Shown: positions 17,882-20,000 of the stretch, in pieces
How the letters are laid out: each line of letters begins with the position of its first letter
Numbering within the stretch: position 1 is the stretch's first letter
Virus record (IMG/VR): IMGVR_UViG_3300042554_000984
Coordinates: 54,550-74,549 of that record
Length of the DNA: 20,000 nucleotides
Strand: one strand, 5' to 3'
From: an uncultured virus (IMG/VR IMGVR_UViG_3300042554_000984)
Taxonomy: Duplodnaviria > Heunggongvirae > Uroviricota > Caudoviricetes > Kyanoviridae
Notes under the pieces: generated by a model
Database searches by the model: none
What the model saw: the letters and a program-made list of their open reading frames with translations, nothing else
What the model was told of the DNA's origin: nothing
Translations under genes and position numbers: made by a program

Positions 17882-19417
17882 ATGCCAAGAGAGAGTTTAA
17901 TTCGTATTCTTCGTTCTACGACTACCGATGTCCCCGCAGGGTTGACATTCGGTGAACTTGCTTATTCTGATCTCAACGGCAAGTTGTTTGCAGGCAAGAA
18001 CGATGGAACAAGTCTCTGGATTGGCGCTCAGGTAACCGGTGGTGACATTGCCAACGACAGCCCATACATGGTTCCGACCCAATCTGCGGTCAAGGCTTAT
18101 GTTACAGGGGTGGTCGGTGGTGGATCAGGAGTTGTAAACAGCGTAAACGCAACCGGTGGTGCAATTACCATCACGGGTGACGGTGGTGCAATCAGCAATG
18201 TTCAGGTCAACAAGGCCAACACCATCACGGCTCGTCTTGCAAGCACATCCGTCACAGGTGTTGCATCTTTCTCTTCTGACAACTTTGCCGTTGATGCAAA
18301 CGGACAAGTCACGGTAAAGAACGGCGGAATCGCCAACGACGAACTGGTTAATTCTTCAGTAACTGTCAACTCAGGTACAGGTCTTGCCGGTGGTGGTGCG
18401 GTTGCACTTGGTGGTTCCATCACCCTAACAAATATCGGCGTGGTCAGCCTAAACGGACTGACAGGTGCAAGAAGCCTGACAGGTGACGGTGGTGCAGTAT
18501 ACGGCGTGGGTAACGACAGAATCGCTGCTCGTGTTGCAAGCACATCGCTCACAGGTGTGGCTTACTTCTCCTCCGACAACTTTGCCGTCGCTGGCGATGG
18601 CTTAGTCACCGTGAAGGATGGCGGCATCGCAAATGTTGAACTCGTCAATTCCTCGGTCACGGTGAATACGGGTGTTGGTCTTGATGGTGGTGGCACGGTT
18701 GCACTCGGCTCCTCCATCACAATCAACAACAATGGTGTTCGTTCCTTCAATGGCGCAACGGGTGCAGTAACCTTCTCCGTCACGGGTGACGGTGGTGCGC
18801 TGTTTGGCACAGGAAACGGCACAAGCACAAGCACTATTGCTGCCCGTGTTGCCACGGCAAGTCTTACCGGCGTTGCCTCCTTCAACAGCGGAAACTTCAA
18901 CATCGGCTCTACGGGACATGTGGAAATCAAGGCTGGTGGCGTAAGCAATACAAACCTTGCAAATTCCTCGGTTACCGTAAATGCTGGCGGCAGCAGCACC
19001 CTGAGCCTAGGAAACACGCTTACGCTGACGGGTGGCGCTCAGGACAACATCAAGTTCACCAACAGCGGAAACACGATCACCGCCACGCTTTCGGACAATG
19101 TGACGATTTCCGGCAACCTGACCGTCAATGGCACGGTCATGACGGCGAATGTCGATACCTTCACGGTCGAAGATTCGCTCATCATGCTTGCCACGGGAAA
19201 CAACCTGAACAGCCTTGATATTGGCTTCTTCGGTCAATATGCACCATCAGGCGTAGGCGTTCAGTTCACGGGTCTGTTCCGTGATGCTGATGATGGAAAG
19301 TGGAACCTCTTCGCCGGATTGACAAGCGGCTCTGTGCCGGGAACCACGGTAAACAAGAGCGGTTCCGGTTACACGGTGGCAACACTCATCGCCAACATCG
19401 ACGGCGGAACATTCTAA
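17882..19417 (+). CDS. Virion fibre protein with Mtd_N-like N-terminus and three internal repeats
   Basis: N-terminal IRILRS...GLTFGELAYSDLNGKLFAG. Three repeats of ~100 aa containing 'TGDGGA...AR(L/V)A..S(V/L)TGVA.F.S.NF.....G.V..K.GG..N..L.NSSVTVN'. Ends in DGGTF. Confidence 0.88.
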   Translation: MPRESLIRILRSTTTDVPAGLTFGELAYSDLNGKLFAGKNDGTSLWIGAQVTGGDIANDSPYMVPTQSAVKAYVTGVVGGGSGVVNSVNATGGAITITGDGGAISNVQVNKANTITARLASTSVTGVASFSSDNFAVDANGQVTVKNGGIANDELVNSSVTVNSGTGLAGGGAVALGGSITLTNIGVVSLNGLTGARSLTGDGGAVYGVGNDRIAARVASTSLTGVAYFSSDNFAVAGDGLVTVKDGGIANVELVNSSVTVNTGVGLDGGGTVALGSSITINNNGVRSFNGATGAVTFSVTGDGGALFGTGNGTSTSTIAARVATASLTGVASFNSGNFNIGSTGHVEIKAGGVSNTNLANSSVTVNAGGSSTLSLGNTLTLTGGAQDNIKFTNSGNTITATLSDNVTISGNLTVNGTVMTANVDTFTVEDSLIMLATGNNLNSLDIGFFGQYAPSGVGVQFTGLFRDADDGKWNLFAGLTSGSVPGTTVNKSGSGYTVATLIANIDGGTF

Positions 19418-19425
19418 AAAACAAA

Positions 19426-19469
19426 GTAGACATCCCGAATCCATAAAACCGTGGGTTCGGGCTGTCTAC
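19426..19469 (+). other. Long intergenic stem-loop
   Basis: GTAGACA-t-CCCGAA-TCCAT [AAAACC] GTGGG-TTCGGG-c-TGTCTAC gives 18 pairs, including 2 G-U, with one mismatch. Confidence 0.85.
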
Positions 19470-19481
19470 ATACTTTAGGTC

Positions 19482-20000
19482 ATGCCGAGAGAAAGTACCA
19501 TACGAATCTACCGCTCGGATACGGCAGGAACAGTACCGTCCCTGACTGCCGGTGAAATCGCCATAAACATACCCGATAGTAGGCTCTTCGTGGGCAACTC
19601 TACGGGTGGGGTGATACCATTCTTTGGAAATGGGGTCACGGGTGTCAATGGAATCACGGGTGCCGTTGTCTTGGCTCAAGGTTCTGGTATCAGCATCACC
19701 CCATCCGGTAAGCAACTTACGATTGCTTCGACCATTACTCAATACACCGCACCTTTGGCTACCTCTAGCGTCACAGGTGTTGCTTCGTTCAGGGCAGCAG
19801 ATTTTGATGTGTCTACAACTGGTTCCGTGAGTTTGACCGGGAATGTTGCAAGAACCAATGTTGCACAGACATTCACGGCGATACAGTCATTCCCGAATGG
19901 ACTTTCTGCCCAAGGCGCAACCTTTGCGGGAATGGTAAGTGTTGCCGATTTCTTGGCGAGAACTGTTGGTGGTGACGAGGGAGGTGAGATCAAACTTGGT
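19482..20000 (+). CDS. Virion fibre protein, 3'-partial (not in the ORF track)
   Basis: Hand translation is open to the window end: MPRESTIRIYRSDTAGTVPSLTAGEIAINIPDSRLFVGN...LATSSVTGVASFRAADFDVSTTGSVSLTGNVARTNVAQTF...GGEIKLG. Paralogous to the 17882 N-terminus and to part of the giant fibre. Confidence 0.92.
   Translation, partial: MPRESTIRIYRSDTAGTVPSLTAGEIAINIPDSRLFVGNSTGGVIPFFGNGVTGVNGITGAVVLAQGSGISITPSGKQLTIASTITQYTAPLATSSVTGVASFRAADFDVSTTGSVSLTGNVARTNVAQTFTAIQSFPNGLSAQGATFAGMVSVADFLARTVGGDEGGEIKLG

Noticed and set aside
2..19417. Stop-codon reassignment, since none of the 13 stops is TAG
   Set aside because: All genes read at full length in the standard code with tight packing, no in-frame TAG needs read-through, and TAG is commonly rare.
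8450..20000. Diversity-generating retroelement suggested by Mtd_N-like N-termini
   Set aside because: No reverse transcriptase is present, and the repeat pairs examined differ at synonymous positions rather than specifically at adenines. A DGR elsewhere in the genome is not excluded.
1..20000. tRNA, rRNA or IS elements
   Set aside because: No cloverleaf, rRNA-like stretch, transposase or terminal inverted repeats were seen, and nearly all the sequence is coding.

Overview
This window is a gene-dense piece of a large T4-like (myovirus-type) dsDNA phage genome, with every supported gene on the + strand. The left ~4.2 kb holds a partial hypothetical gene, a lipoprotein with a coiled coil and three transmembrane helices, a T4 gp61-type DNA primase behind a sigma70-like promoter, a probable late head-associated protein, and ThyX. 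The remaining ~15.8 kb is a cluster of late virion fibre or appendage genes. It contains two collagen-like proteins, a beta-rich protein, a ~2808-aa repeat fibre, two small probable fibre chaperones and three more fibre proteins; the last (19482 to the window end) is missing from the ORF track. A CTAAATA late-promoter-like motif recurs, often only 5-9 nt before an ATG. The main leads are (1) a single gene with unimolecular-spanin plus class I holin architecture, (2) a fibre family built from shared, shuffled modules with matching termini, (3) an AT-rich domain between identical in-frame repeats in a collagen gene, and (4) a long hairpin overlapping a late-promoter variant. All family assignments come from motif recognition by eye; no database search was run.
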